Assembly (NCBI GenBank): GCA_018711775.1
Contig: DVHV01000059.1
Location: 1 to 32,197, forward strand
DNA: 32,197 nt
Source of the DNA: Candidatus Onthocola stercoravium
GTDB taxonomy: Bacteria; Bacillota_I; Bacilli_A; RF39; UBA660
Direction: 5' to 3'
Each line of letters opens with the position of its first letter. The first letter of the stretch is position 1. The notes under the pieces are model-generated. The model was not told where the DNA came from. It worked only from the letters and a program-made list of their open reading frames with translations, and made no database searches. Below are positions 17,301 through 25,238 of the stretch, piece by piece. Both the position numbers and the translations under genes were made by a program.

Positions 17301-18153
17301 TATAATTGAACAAATGATAGATAAGTATGAAATTAAAAATACACAAGATGAAATAAATGCATTAAAAGAAATTATTCAAGAACTAGTACTTTGCGGTCTA
17401 TCTAGAGGTGGATTTTTTGAAGATGCCTGTTTTTATGGTGGAACAGCACTTAGAATATTTTATAATTTAGATAGGTTTTCTGAAGATTTAGATTTTGCTT
17501 TAACATCTCCAAATTCTAATTTTGATATAAGTAAATATTTTAATTGTGTTGAAAAAGAACTAAAAGCTTACGGATTAAATTTTGAAACAAGCACAAAGAA
17601 AAAAGAAAACAAAACAAACATTACTACTGCGTTTGTAAAAGGTGATACATTAGAATTAATTTTGAAATTTTTTCCGAAGAAAGAAAAAAATAATTATGAC
17701 CATATTTTAAAGAATATAAAAATAAAGTTCGAAGTAGACATTAATCCTCCGAGTGGTGCAACTTATGAAATGAAGTATAAACTATTACCAAGCCCTCATC
17801 AAATAAAATTATATGATAAATCATCTCTTTTTGCTGGCAAAATTCATGCAATTTTATGCCGTAATTGGAAAACAAGAGTAAAAGGAAGAGACTTATATGA
17901 CTATGTATTCTTTTTAGCAAATAACACTAATGTTAATATTGAATTAATAAAAAACAAATTAATTCGCTCAAACTTTATAAAAGATAAAGATAATTTTGAT
18001 ATAAATATATTAAAAGAAATGTTAATTAAAAAATTTAACGAAATAGATTATAATGAAGCAAAAGAAGATGTGCTTCCGTTTATTAAAGATGCTAGTAGTT
18101 TAGATTTATGGAGTAAAGATTTTTTTATTACAATAACTGATAAACTAAATTAA
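17293..18153 (+). CDS. abiEii: AbiEii/AbiGii-family nucleotidyltransferase toxin (DUF1814)
   Basis: The RBS is GGAGGA. The hallmark motif is FYGGTALRIFYNLDRFSEDLDFAL, followed downstream by K...A...R.....RDLYD. Confidence 0.85.
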   Translation: MNNIIEQMIDKYEIKNTQDEINALKEIIQELVLCGLSRGGFFEDACFYGGTALRIFYNLDRFSEDLDFALTSPNSNFDISKYFNCVEKELKAYGLNFETSTKKKENKTNITTAFVKGDTLELILKFFPKKEKNNYDHILKNIKIKFEVDINPPSGATYEMKYKLLPSPHQIKLYDKSSLFAGKIHAILCRNWKTRVKGRDLYDYVFFLANNTNVNIELIKNKLIRSNFIKDKDNFDINILKEMLIKKFNEIDYNEAKEDVLPFIKDASSLDLWSKDFFITITDKLN

Positions 18154-18166
18154 TTAAGGAGTATTC

Positions 18167-18967
18167 ATGCAAAGTGATATTGAAAGAAGTATAATTAAAA
18201 CTTATCGTAAAGATATATGGCGTAAATTTACTAAAGCAGTAACAATTTATAATCTAATTCAAGATAATGATAAAATTGCTGTATGTATCAGTGGTGGTAA
18301 AGATTCATTTTTACTAGCCAAATGTATGCAAGAAATAAAAAAACATGGTAAGATTAAATTTGATTTAGAGTTCATTGTTATGGACCCGGGATATAGTAAA
18401 GAAAATCTAGATAAAGTCAAGAAAAATGCTGAACTTTTAGGAATTCCTATCCACGTTTATGAAAGTACAATTTTTGAATCATTGAAATCAATGGACGTTA
18501 AATCTCCTTGTTATATGTGTGCCAGAATGCGTCGTGGTCATCTATATAAGTTTGCTTCTGACTTGGGTTGCAACAAAATTGCATTAGGACATCACTATAA
18601 TGATGTCATTGAAACTATCATGCTAGGTATCCTTTATAATGGCGAAATAGTGTCGATGTTACCCAAGATAAAAAGTAAAAACTTTCCTGGTATGGAACTT
18701 ATAAGACCTCTTTATTTAGTTAGAGAATCTGCAATTATCAACTGGCTTAAATATAATGAACTTGAATTTATTAACTGTGCTTGTCCATTAAAGAAGGAAG
18801 ACTCTAAAAGAGCTGAAGTAAAAGAACTTATCAAAAAACTTCGAGAAACTAATAAGTTTGTTGAATATAATATTTTTAAAAGTGTCGAAAATATTAACAT
18901 AAATCAAGTAATGGGCTATATCGACAACGATAAAAGATATAATTATTATGATGATTATGAAGAATAA
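18167..18967 (+). CDS. ttcA: TtcA-family PP-loop ATPase (tRNA 2-thiocytidine synthase-like)
   Basis: It carries the PP-loop VCISGGKDS, the cysteine motif CYMCARMRRGHLY, then KIALGHHYNDVIET and a second Cys pair, INCACPL. Confidence 0.8.
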   Translation: MQSDIERSIIKTYRKDIWRKFTKAVTIYNLIQDNDKIAVCISGGKDSFLLAKCMQEIKKHGKIKFDLEFIVMDPGYSKENLDKVKKNAELLGIPIHVYESTIFESLKSMDVKSPCYMCARMRRGHLYKFASDLGCNKIALGHHYNDVIETIMLGILYNGEIVSMLPKIKSKNFPGMELIRPLYLVRESAIINWLKYNELEFINCACPLKKEDSKRAEVKELIKKLRETNKFVEYNIFKSVENININQVMGYIDNDKRYNYYDDYEE

Positions 18968-18970
18968 TTT

Positions 18971-18995
18971 TTGCAACATTATGTTGCAATTTTTT
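18971..18995 (+). terminator. Rho-independent terminator
   Basis: TTGCAAC (18971-18977) pairs with GTTGCAA (18983-18989). The loop is 5 nt, followed by TTTTTT. Confidence 0.8.
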
Positions 18996-19048
18996 GGTTG
19001 TCAAAGATTTAATATTGTGATACCATACTTATAATAGCGAGGAGATAT

Positions 19049-21709
19049 ATGAAAGATAATTGGTATTTATTAGATACTGAAGAAGTTTTAGAAAAATTAA
19101 ATGTTGATAAGAAAGGACTTACCAACAAAGAGGTTAAAACGAACCAAGAAAAATATGGTTTAAATGTCCTGCCTAAAAAGAAAAAGGATAGTGTTTTTAA
19201 AATTATCTTAAGAGAACTTTTAAATCCAATAGTGCTGCTGTTAATAGTAACAGTTGTTTTTTCACTCATTATTGGTGAAGTCGTCGATGCTTGTGCCATA
19301 ATTTTTATTATCTTAATTGATTTAATTTTAGGAACATTCCAAGAATGGAAGGCCGAAAAAACTGCTGAAAGTTTGCAAGAATTAATTAAAGATAAAGTTC
19401 GTGTCATCAGAAATGGTGAAGAAACGGAAGTTAATTCAGAAGAGTTAACTATCGGAGATATAATATTACTTGAATCTGGCGACCGTATTAGTGCTGATGC
19501 CAGACTTATTGAAGTTCACAATTTACAAGTTGATGAATCAATTTTAACTGGTGAAAGCCTTAGTGTTACTAAAGAAATAGAAAAAATAAAATCAGATGTT
19601 ACTTTAGCAGATCGTAAAAATATGGTTTATGCTGGTACTACAGTTACTACTGGTAGAGCAATCGGTGTTATAACTGGCATCGGCGTTCATACCGAAATTG
19701 GTAAAATTGCTAGTAATGTTGTTTCTAAAAAAGATGAAGCATCTCCCTTAACAATTAGAATGAATGAATTTTCTAAACAAATTAGCGTTTTAATTATAAT
19801 TATTGCTATAATTATTGCTATCATTTTATTTGCTAAGGGGGAACCTGGAACAGAAATTTTCTTATCAGTAATTGCTCTTTCTGTTTCAGCAATGCCTGAA
19901 GGCTTACCACTTGCTTTAACTATGGCTTTAACAATTGCCTCAAATAAGATGGCTAAGAAAAATGTTGTAGTCAAAAAACTAAATTCAGTTGAGGCTTTAG
20001 GGAGTTGTACTGTCATTGCTAGTGATAAAACAGGAACTCTAACGATTAATAAACAAACTGCTAAAAAAATTGTTACACCAGATGCTTGTGAATATGACAT
20101 AACAGGAATTGGTTATGATGATGTTGGTGAAGTAAAAGGCATTGACAATGCAGATATAAAAAAGGCTGAAGAAATTGCTTTACTTGGTGCTATCAACAAT
20201 GAAGCCAAACTTACAAAAGAAAAAGGCAAGTGGCATTATCTTGGGGACTCCATTGATATAGCATTCTTAGCCTTAGGTAAAAAAACTAAAGTGCCTTATG
20301 AAAAAGTTGAAATAATTGATCAAATACCTTATGAATCTCAAAATAAATATTCTGCAGTATTCTATAAAAAAGATAACGAAACATATTGTACTGTTAAAGG
20401 TTCATTAGAAAAAATATTAGAGTTTTCTAAGTATATGGATGTTAACAACAAAAAGTCTAAAATAGATATTGCCAAATTAAAGAAACAAAATGAAGAATTA
20501 GCCAGTGAAGGCTACCGTATCATTGCAATTGCTGATGGCAAGGTTAAAAATTTTGTTAAAAAAGATTCGTATGACAATAAAGATATTGCTAATTTGACCT
20601 TTAAAGGTTTAGTGGGCTTTATCGATCCAATTAGAAATGAAGCAGCAGACTCAATTCAAAAATGTTTAACTGCTGGTATCAAAGTTTTAATGATTACCGG
20701 AGACCATCCTCTTACAGCCTTAAAAATTGGTAAAGATTTAGGCTTAGTAACCGATAATAATGAAATTGCTACTGGTGATGATGTCAACAAATTCTTAGAA
20801 AAAGGCGAAAAAGAATTTGACAAATTTATCCAAGGCAAAAAAGTATTTGCTAGAGTTACTCCAATGGATAAGCTAGCTATAATTGATTCATTAAAACAAC
20901 AAGGTGAATTTGTAGCAGTTACTGGTGATGGGGTCAATGATGCTCCAGCCATAAAAAGTGCCAACATTGGTATTGCTATGGGAAGTGGAACTGATGTTGC
21001 CAAAGAAACTGCTAGCATGATTGTTTTAGATGATGATTTCACTTCCATTGTTAAAGGTGTTGAAGAAGGTAGAACTGCTTATAATAACATTCGAAAAGTA
21101 AGTTATATGTTACTATCTTGTGGACTAGCAGAAGTATTATTCTTTATATTATCAATTGTATTTAATCTACCAATGCCTCTTGTGGCTATTCAACTTTTAT
21201 GGTTAAACATTGTAACAGATGGATTGCAAGATTTTGCTTTATCATTTGAAAAAACAGAGCCTGGCACTATGCACGAAAAACCACGAGCAACAACTGAAAC
21301 AATATTTAATAAAGAATTATTAACAGAAGTTTTAGTTGCTGGTCTAACAATTGGTTTAATAGTATTTGGTGTTTGGTATTATCTTGTTAATGTAGTTAAC
21401 ATGGAAATACATTTAGCAAGAGGTTATATCATGGTACTAATGGTATTCTTGCAAAATATGCATGTTCTTAATTGTCGTAGCGAAAAAACATCAATATTTA
21501 AAATGCCATTTAATAATCCATTAATCATTGTAACTATTGTTGGAGCAATAATTTTACAAGTAATTGTTATGGAAGTACCATTCTTAAGTGAATTTTTAAA
21601 TACTACAACTGTTCCAGTTGTTGATATGTTAAGACTATTTGTCTTCTCATTATTAATTATTCTAGTAATGGAAATATTTAAATTTATCAAAAACAAAAAA
21701 CGCAGATAA
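19049..21709 (+). CDS. Cation-transporting P-type ATPase, type IIA (Ca2+-ATPase-like)
   Basis: Motifs present are TGES, the M4 motif MPEGLP, the phosphorylation site DKTGTLT, then MITGDH and TGDGVNDAPA. The 886-aa product has 10 predicted TM helices. Confidence 0.9.
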   Translation: MKDNWYLLDTEEVLEKLNVDKKGLTNKEVKTNQEKYGLNVLPKKKKDSVFKIILRELLNPIVLLLIVTVVFSLIIGEVVDACAIIFIILIDLILGTFQEWKAEKTAESLQELIKDKVRVIRNGEETEVNSEELTIGDIILLESGDRISADARLIEVHNLQVDESILTGESLSVTKEIEKIKSDVTLADRKNMVYAGTTVTTGRAIGVITGIGVHTEIGKIASNVVSKKDEASPLTIRMNEFSKQISVLIIIIAIIIAIILFAKGEPGTEIFLSVIALSVSAMPEGLPLALTMALTIASNKMAKKNVVVKKLNSVEALGSCTVIASDKTGTLTINKQTAKKIVTPDACEYDITGIGYDDVGEVKGIDNADIKKAEEIALLGAINNEAKLTKEKGKWHYLGDSIDIAFLALGKKTKVPYEKVEIIDQIPYESQNKYSAVFYKKDNETYCTVKGSLEKILEFSKYMDVNNKKSKIDIAKLKKQNEELASEGYRIIAIADGKVKNFVKKDSYDNKDIANLTFKGLVGFIDPIRNEAADSIQKCLTAGIKVLMITGDHPLTALKIGKDLGLVTDNNEIATGDDVNKFLEKGEKEFDKFIQGKKVFARVTPMDKLAIIDSLKQQGEFVAVTGDGVNDAPAIKSANIGIAMGSGTDVAKETASMIVLDDDFTSIVKGVEEGRTAYNNIRKVSYMLLSCGLAEVLFFILSIVFNLPMPLVAIQLLWLNIVTDGLQDFALSFEKTEPGTMHEKPRATTETIFNKELLTEVLVAGLTIGLIVFGVWYYLVNVVNMEIHLARGYIMVLMVFLQNMHVLNCRSEKTSIFKMPFNNPLIIVTIVGAIILQVIVMEVPFLSEFLNTTTVPVVDMLRLFVFSLLIILVMEIFKFIKNKKRR

Positions 21710-21732
21710 GCAATTCAACTTATTTGCGTTTT
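21701..21732. terminator. Bidirectional terminator between convergent genes
   Basis: CGCAGATAAG (21701-21710) pairs with CTTATTTGCG (21719-21728) with one G-U pair. T-runs follow on both strands. Confidence 0.8.
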
Positions 21733-21741
21733 AATATACAA

Positions 21742-22758
21742 TTAATTTTCTTTTCTTAAAGTATATGCTACATAACCAATACCAATAGCACTTAAGCATA
21801 ATACAATAGCATATTGCATTATATTATCTCCAGTACTTGGATTTTCTATTACTTCATCAGTAGTAGTATTTTCTCCAAGTATAGCATATTCACTTAAGTG
21901 AGTAGTATTAAATACTACATATTCACCATCAATAGTAGTATTAAATGTTTCTACTATTTTACCATCTAGTATATATGCGGCAGTTAAGGCATCATATGCA
22001 AGCATTTCATCAGTAAGTTTTATTCTGATAGTAAATGTTCCATCTTCCATTGGAACAACACTGTTATTTTCATCAACTACTGAAATATCATATAAAGCAA
22101 CTAATGATTTATTAATGCTATTTACTTCTGCTTTTAATTCATCACTAGCAGAATCTAATATATTAGTTACATCTAATTTATATGAGTCAGCAAAAGATTC
22201 AGTAGTTTCAAAAATCACATCATTAGCTTCAAGCTTATTATTTATAGCTATATCGCTAGTAAATGTAACAGAGCCATCTTCGTTATAAACAACATCCATA
22301 TCTGTAGTAATGTGTTCGCTAATCCATTCTTCGGTTAAATCGTAAGAAACCCAACCAGTACCACTTGTGGCTGATTTATAACTATCAATAGTTAAACTAC
22401 CGTCACCAGATATTACATAAGTTTGATCTAATATTACATTGATGAAATTGTCTCCATTTACAACAATTGTTGTATTATCCTTAGCGCCACCAAATAGATA
22501 AAATCCTTGATCTTGAGAAAATGTTAATACATCATCACTTGTATAAGTAGCAAGTAAATTAGCGTTTTCATTGATTTCTTGGTAAGGAATACCATCATCC
22601 ATTAAATAAATTGTATCAGCAAAAACTCCAACCCCAGGAACAGTATCGATTTCTTCATAATTCCAAGAAAATTCAGTTTCTGATGCATCAGTGCTAGCAC
22701 TAACTATAGTTGGAACAAGCATAAATACTGCAAGTAAACTAAACAATATTTTCTTCAT
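21742..22758 (-). CDS. Secreted cell-wall-anchored surface protein with an NPSTG (LPXTG-variant) sorting signal
   Basis: It has a signal peptide (KKILFSLLAVFMLVPTIVSAS). The C-terminus has NPSTGD, a hydrophobic helix and then RKEN. The tracked ORF starts at 22764, but that ATG is only 2 nt from GGAGG, so the second ATG at 22758 (8-nt spacing) is preferred. Confidence 0.7.
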   Translation of the reverse strand: MKKILFSLLAVFMLVPTIVSASTDASETEFSWNYEEIDTVPGVGVFADTIYLMDDGIPYQEINENANLLATYTSDDVLTFSQDQGFYLFGGAKDNTTIVVNGDNFINVILDQTYVISGDGSLTIDSYKSATSGTGWVSYDLTEEWISEHITTDMDVVYNEDGSVTFTSDIAINNKLEANDVIFETTESFADSYKLDVTNILDSASDELKAEVNSINKSLVALYDISVVDENNSVVPMEDGTFTIRIKLTDEMLAYDALTAAYILDGKIVETFNTTIDGEYVVFNTTHLSEYAILGENTTTDEVIENPSTGDNIMQYAIVLCLSAIGIGYVAYTLRKEN

Positions 22759-22900
22759 CTTCATTACCTCCTTTCTAGTATAATAATACTCCGACTTAAC
22801 TCTAAAATCAATTGTTTAGACAAAAAACAAAAAAATATGCATTCTAAACTCATCCATTAAACCTATTGTTTCTATTTAAGAAATATGATATATTAAATAT

Positions 22901-22999
22901 GTAAGCGTTACCCCTAGTGGATAATGCCTGCAAGGTTTTTTCTTGAGACACTATACCTGCCCAATAAAAATTGGGGCTACAAGGCTAGTGTCTCTTTTT
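22901..22999 (+). ncRNA. Candidate ~100-nt antisense sRNA convergent with the 24-codon ORF
   Basis: The promoter is TTGTTT (22866-22871), 17 nt, then TGaTATATT (22886-22894). The compound hairpin is closed by GAGACACTA (22945-22953) with TAGTGTCTC (22986-22994), and has an inner CCCAAT/ATTGGG stem. It is followed by TTTTT only in the + sense. Confidence 0.45.
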
Positions 23000-23074
23000 C
23001 TATATCAATTGCAGTATCACTACAATTAATAAGATTATGATTACTAAAAGTTTTTCTAATATTTCTTCTTTCAT
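23000..23074 (-). CDS. 24-aa hydrophobic peptide (type I toxin-like small ORF)
   Basis: AAAGGAGG lies 8 nt upstream of ATG 23074. The ORF encodes MKEEILEKLLVIIILLIVVILQLI, with a TAG stop at 23002-23000. A candidate promoter, TTGTCG (23220-23215) and TATAAA (23196-23191), lies upstream. The ORF is below the size cutoff of the ORF track. Confidence 0.45.
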   Translation of the reverse strand: MKEEILEKLLVIIILLIVVILQLI

Positions 23075-23259
23075 CTCTTTAGCCTCCTTTTATCCAAAAC
23101 CCCCAAAGTTTTGAGTAGTAATAGATTACTCAGACTTAAAAGCAGGCACTACCACTAGTAGGTAACGGTTATTTATTCTAAATTTAAATTTTTATAATTG
23201 CAACAAAAATCGTACGACAAAATTTGACATTCTTCTAATGAAACATAATAAAAATATTA

Positions 23260-23472
23260 TTATTTTCTTTTGCTCTTTAATGTAGCCTTTTTTACTTCAT
23301 CAGCGATTTCTTTATCACTTAATTCTAAAGCAATAGCAATTTTCCCAAAAGTATCTATTAGAGGCATATTTAAATCGTTTTCAATTCTAAATATAGTTTT
23401 TCTGTCAATATTAGTTCTTGCTTCTAATTCTTCTTGCGATAATTTTTTCCTTGTACGATATTCTTTTAACAT
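23260..23472 (-). CDS. XRE-family HTH transcriptional regulator (70 aa)
   Basis: The RBS is AGGTGA. The HTH reads LSQEELEARTNIDRKTIFRIENDLNMPLIDTFGKIAIAL. Confidence 0.85.
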   Translation of the reverse strand: MLKEYRTRKKLSQEELEARTNIDRKTIFRIENDLNMPLIDTFGKIAIALELSDKEIADEVKKATLKSKRK

Positions 23473-23518
23473 TATATATCACCTAAATTTATTGTATCTA
23501 ATTTAAAATTTCATTTCC

Positions 23519-23567
23519 TTGACAAGTTTGCCTCATAAATGTTATACTCGTTATAGACAAACTTGTC
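23519..23567 (+). promoter_or_regulatory. Promoter of the FN3 protein gene, flanked by a 10-bp perfect inverted repeat (operator candidates)
   Basis: TTGACA (23519-23524), 18 nt, then TGtTATACT (23540-23548). GACAAGTTTG (23521-23530) is the reverse complement of CAAACTTGTC (23558-23567). The right-hand site is itself the palindrome GACAA-AC-TTGTC (23556-23567). Confidence 0.6.
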
Positions 23568-23584
23568 CCAAAAGGAGTTGAGTT

Positions 23585-25090
23585 ATGAAAATGAAATTGA
23601 TGTTAATAACTAGTTGGTTATTAACAATTATTTTAGGTGCATACGTAATTTATTCAAATGATGACAAAGAAATATTAACTAGTGAAGAACCAAAGCAAAT
23701 AAAAAACGAAGGCTTAACTATGATGCTTGAAACTGAGGTCGGCAGTGGGGAATATGTTGTATCAAATGATACTACATGGCCACAAGATGGGTATATTTTT
23801 AACTATGATTTATCAGGTTGTGAAAATGGTGGAACATTATCATGGAATAGTGAGACTAATAGAGTTGTTATGCAAACTACTAGTAGTGATAAATGTTACG
23901 TCTATTTTGATAAGTACACATCAGTAATAATTAATAGTGTAAGTGCAAGCGATATATCAAATAGTAGTATCACTTTAACAGTAAATGCAACAGCAGGTGA
24001 AAATCCAATTCAAACATACTACTATAGTAATAATGGTGGAAGTAGTTGGGTAAATAGTACAAGTAATACATATACATTTAGTGGACTAGAAATGGAAACT
24101 GAATATGATTTTAGAGTATATGTAATGGATAGTAATGGGGTAAGTTCAGAAAAATATAGTTTACAAGTAACAACTGAATCAATAGTATATTTAGCAAATT
24201 ATATAAAAAGTTTATACACAAGTGATGGAGCAAATGGAATATATTTACATGATGGCATTGGAAGTTATACAAATGCAAATTTAGAAGCAGGAGATAACTC
24301 ATATAGATATGCAGGCGCCAATCCGAATAATTATGTGTGTTTTGGAACAGATATTACACCATGTCCAAATGATAATTTATATAGGATAATTGGAATATTT
24401 GGAGACCAAGTCAAACTAATAAAGCATGATTATGCAACAAGTGCATTATTAGGAACAACTGGAGATTATTCAGGAAATATATATACTGATTGGTGGAATA
24501 TTGAGTCACGTTATTACAAAGGAAGTTTAGAGCAATCATCATTATATTTATATTATTGGAATGTAAATGAAACAAATACATGGAGTGAAAGTCAATTAAA
24601 TACAGTGAATTTAAATACAAATTATGTAACCAGTATAGGAAGTAAATGGCTAAGTAAAATAGCAGAGCATACATGGGTAGTAGGAGGAACAGTAAATGCA
24701 AATGTATATAGCAGCCCAGTAAAAACAGCCCATACATATGAAGTAGGAGCAAGTGCAGCAGATACAACATATAATGCAAAAATAGGATTAATGTATACAA
24801 GTGATTATGGATACGCCGCAAGTCCGGAAAACTGGAGTACAAATATGGAAGATTTAGATAACGATACAAATAGAAATAATAATTGGATGTTTATGGGATT
24901 ATACGAATGGACAATTACCCGCATTTCAGACTTATCAGGGCAAGCATTTATTGTGTTCGATTCCGGTAGGGTGGTTAACGCCCCTGTCTACTATGTCAAC
25001 GCTGAGGTAAGAGCATCCTTCTACCTAAATCCTGATGTAGCATACGTCTCTGGTGATGGAACAATTTCTAATCCTTATCGCATAAATTAA
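23585..25090 (+). CDS. Membrane-anchored surface protein with a fibronectin type III domain and a C-terminal DUF6273-like domain
   Basis: The RBS is AAAGGAG. After an N-terminal TM anchor comes an FN3-like block (SSITLTVNATAGENPIQTYYYSNNGGSSW...TEYDFRVYVMDSNG). The C-terminus reads ..WTITR.....AFIVFDSGRVVNAPVYYVNAEVRASFYL...SGDGTISNPYRI. Confidence 0.6.
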   Translation: MKMKLMLITSWLLTIILGAYVIYSNDDKEILTSEEPKQIKNEGLTMMLETEVGSGEYVVSNDTTWPQDGYIFNYDLSGCENGGTLSWNSETNRVVMQTTSSDKCYVYFDKYTSVIINSVSASDISNSSITLTVNATAGENPIQTYYYSNNGGSSWVNSTSNTYTFSGLEMETEYDFRVYVMDSNGVSSEKYSLQVTTESIVYLANYIKSLYTSDGANGIYLHDGIGSYTNANLEAGDNSYRYAGANPNNYVCFGTDITPCPNDNLYRIIGIFGDQVKLIKHDYATSALLGTTGDYSGNIYTDWWNIESRYYKGSLEQSSLYLYYWNVNETNTWSESQLNTVNLNTNYVTSIGSKWLSKIAEHTWVVGGTVNANVYSSPVKTAHTYEVGASAADTTYNAKIGLMYTSDYGYAASPENWSTNMEDLDNDTNRNNNWMFMGLYEWTITRISDLSGQAFIVFDSGRVVNAPVYYVNAEVRASFYLNPDVAYVSGDGTISNPYRIN

Positions 25091-25238
25091 TAGACATAGT
25101 TTAAATTATGGCTATTTTTCTTGCTTCGACAAAAATCGACAAAATAAGACCCAGTCAACTACTTTTCACCAAAATATATTTGTGGTATAATAGAAACATA
25201 AGTTACCATGATGCTTATTTTAGAGGGAGAGTGATAAT

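Noticed and set aside
18712-18979. Two minus-strand ORFs over the 3' end of the TtcA-family gene
   Set aside because: They are antisense, AT-rich and low-complexity, with no RBS.
19009-21696. Four minus-strand ORFs (19009-19407, 19687-20100, 20656-21048 and 21424-21696) inside the P-type ATPase gene
   Set aside because: All four are antisense to a CDS with complete P-type ATPase motifs. They are shadow ORFs.
22905-23168. Interpreting the 27-nt inverted repeats as the ends of a MITE
   Set aside because: I have not fully excluded this. No target-site duplication or second copy is visible in the window, and the interior has organised promoter, SD, ORF and terminator signals. The TA-like reading is therefore preferred, and a genome-wide copy count would settle it.
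23270-23506. A 78-aa plus-strand ORF antisense to the XRE gene
   Set aside because: It is a shadow ORF of a confidently assigned HTH gene.
24111-24869. Long minus-strand ORFs (63 and 152 aa) inside the FN3-protein gene
   Set aside because: Their products are Leu/His/Tyr/Asn low-complexity sequences with no start context. They are a consequence of the skewed sense-strand codon usage, which is noted in the findings instead.
25126-25145. A tandem 10-bp direct repeat, TCGACAAAAA TCGACAAAAT, upstream of the TetR promoter, considered as an operator
   Set aside because: TetR operators are typically palindromic and overlap the promoter. This A-rich direct repeat lies upstream of the -35 element and may be fortuitous in AT-rich DNA.
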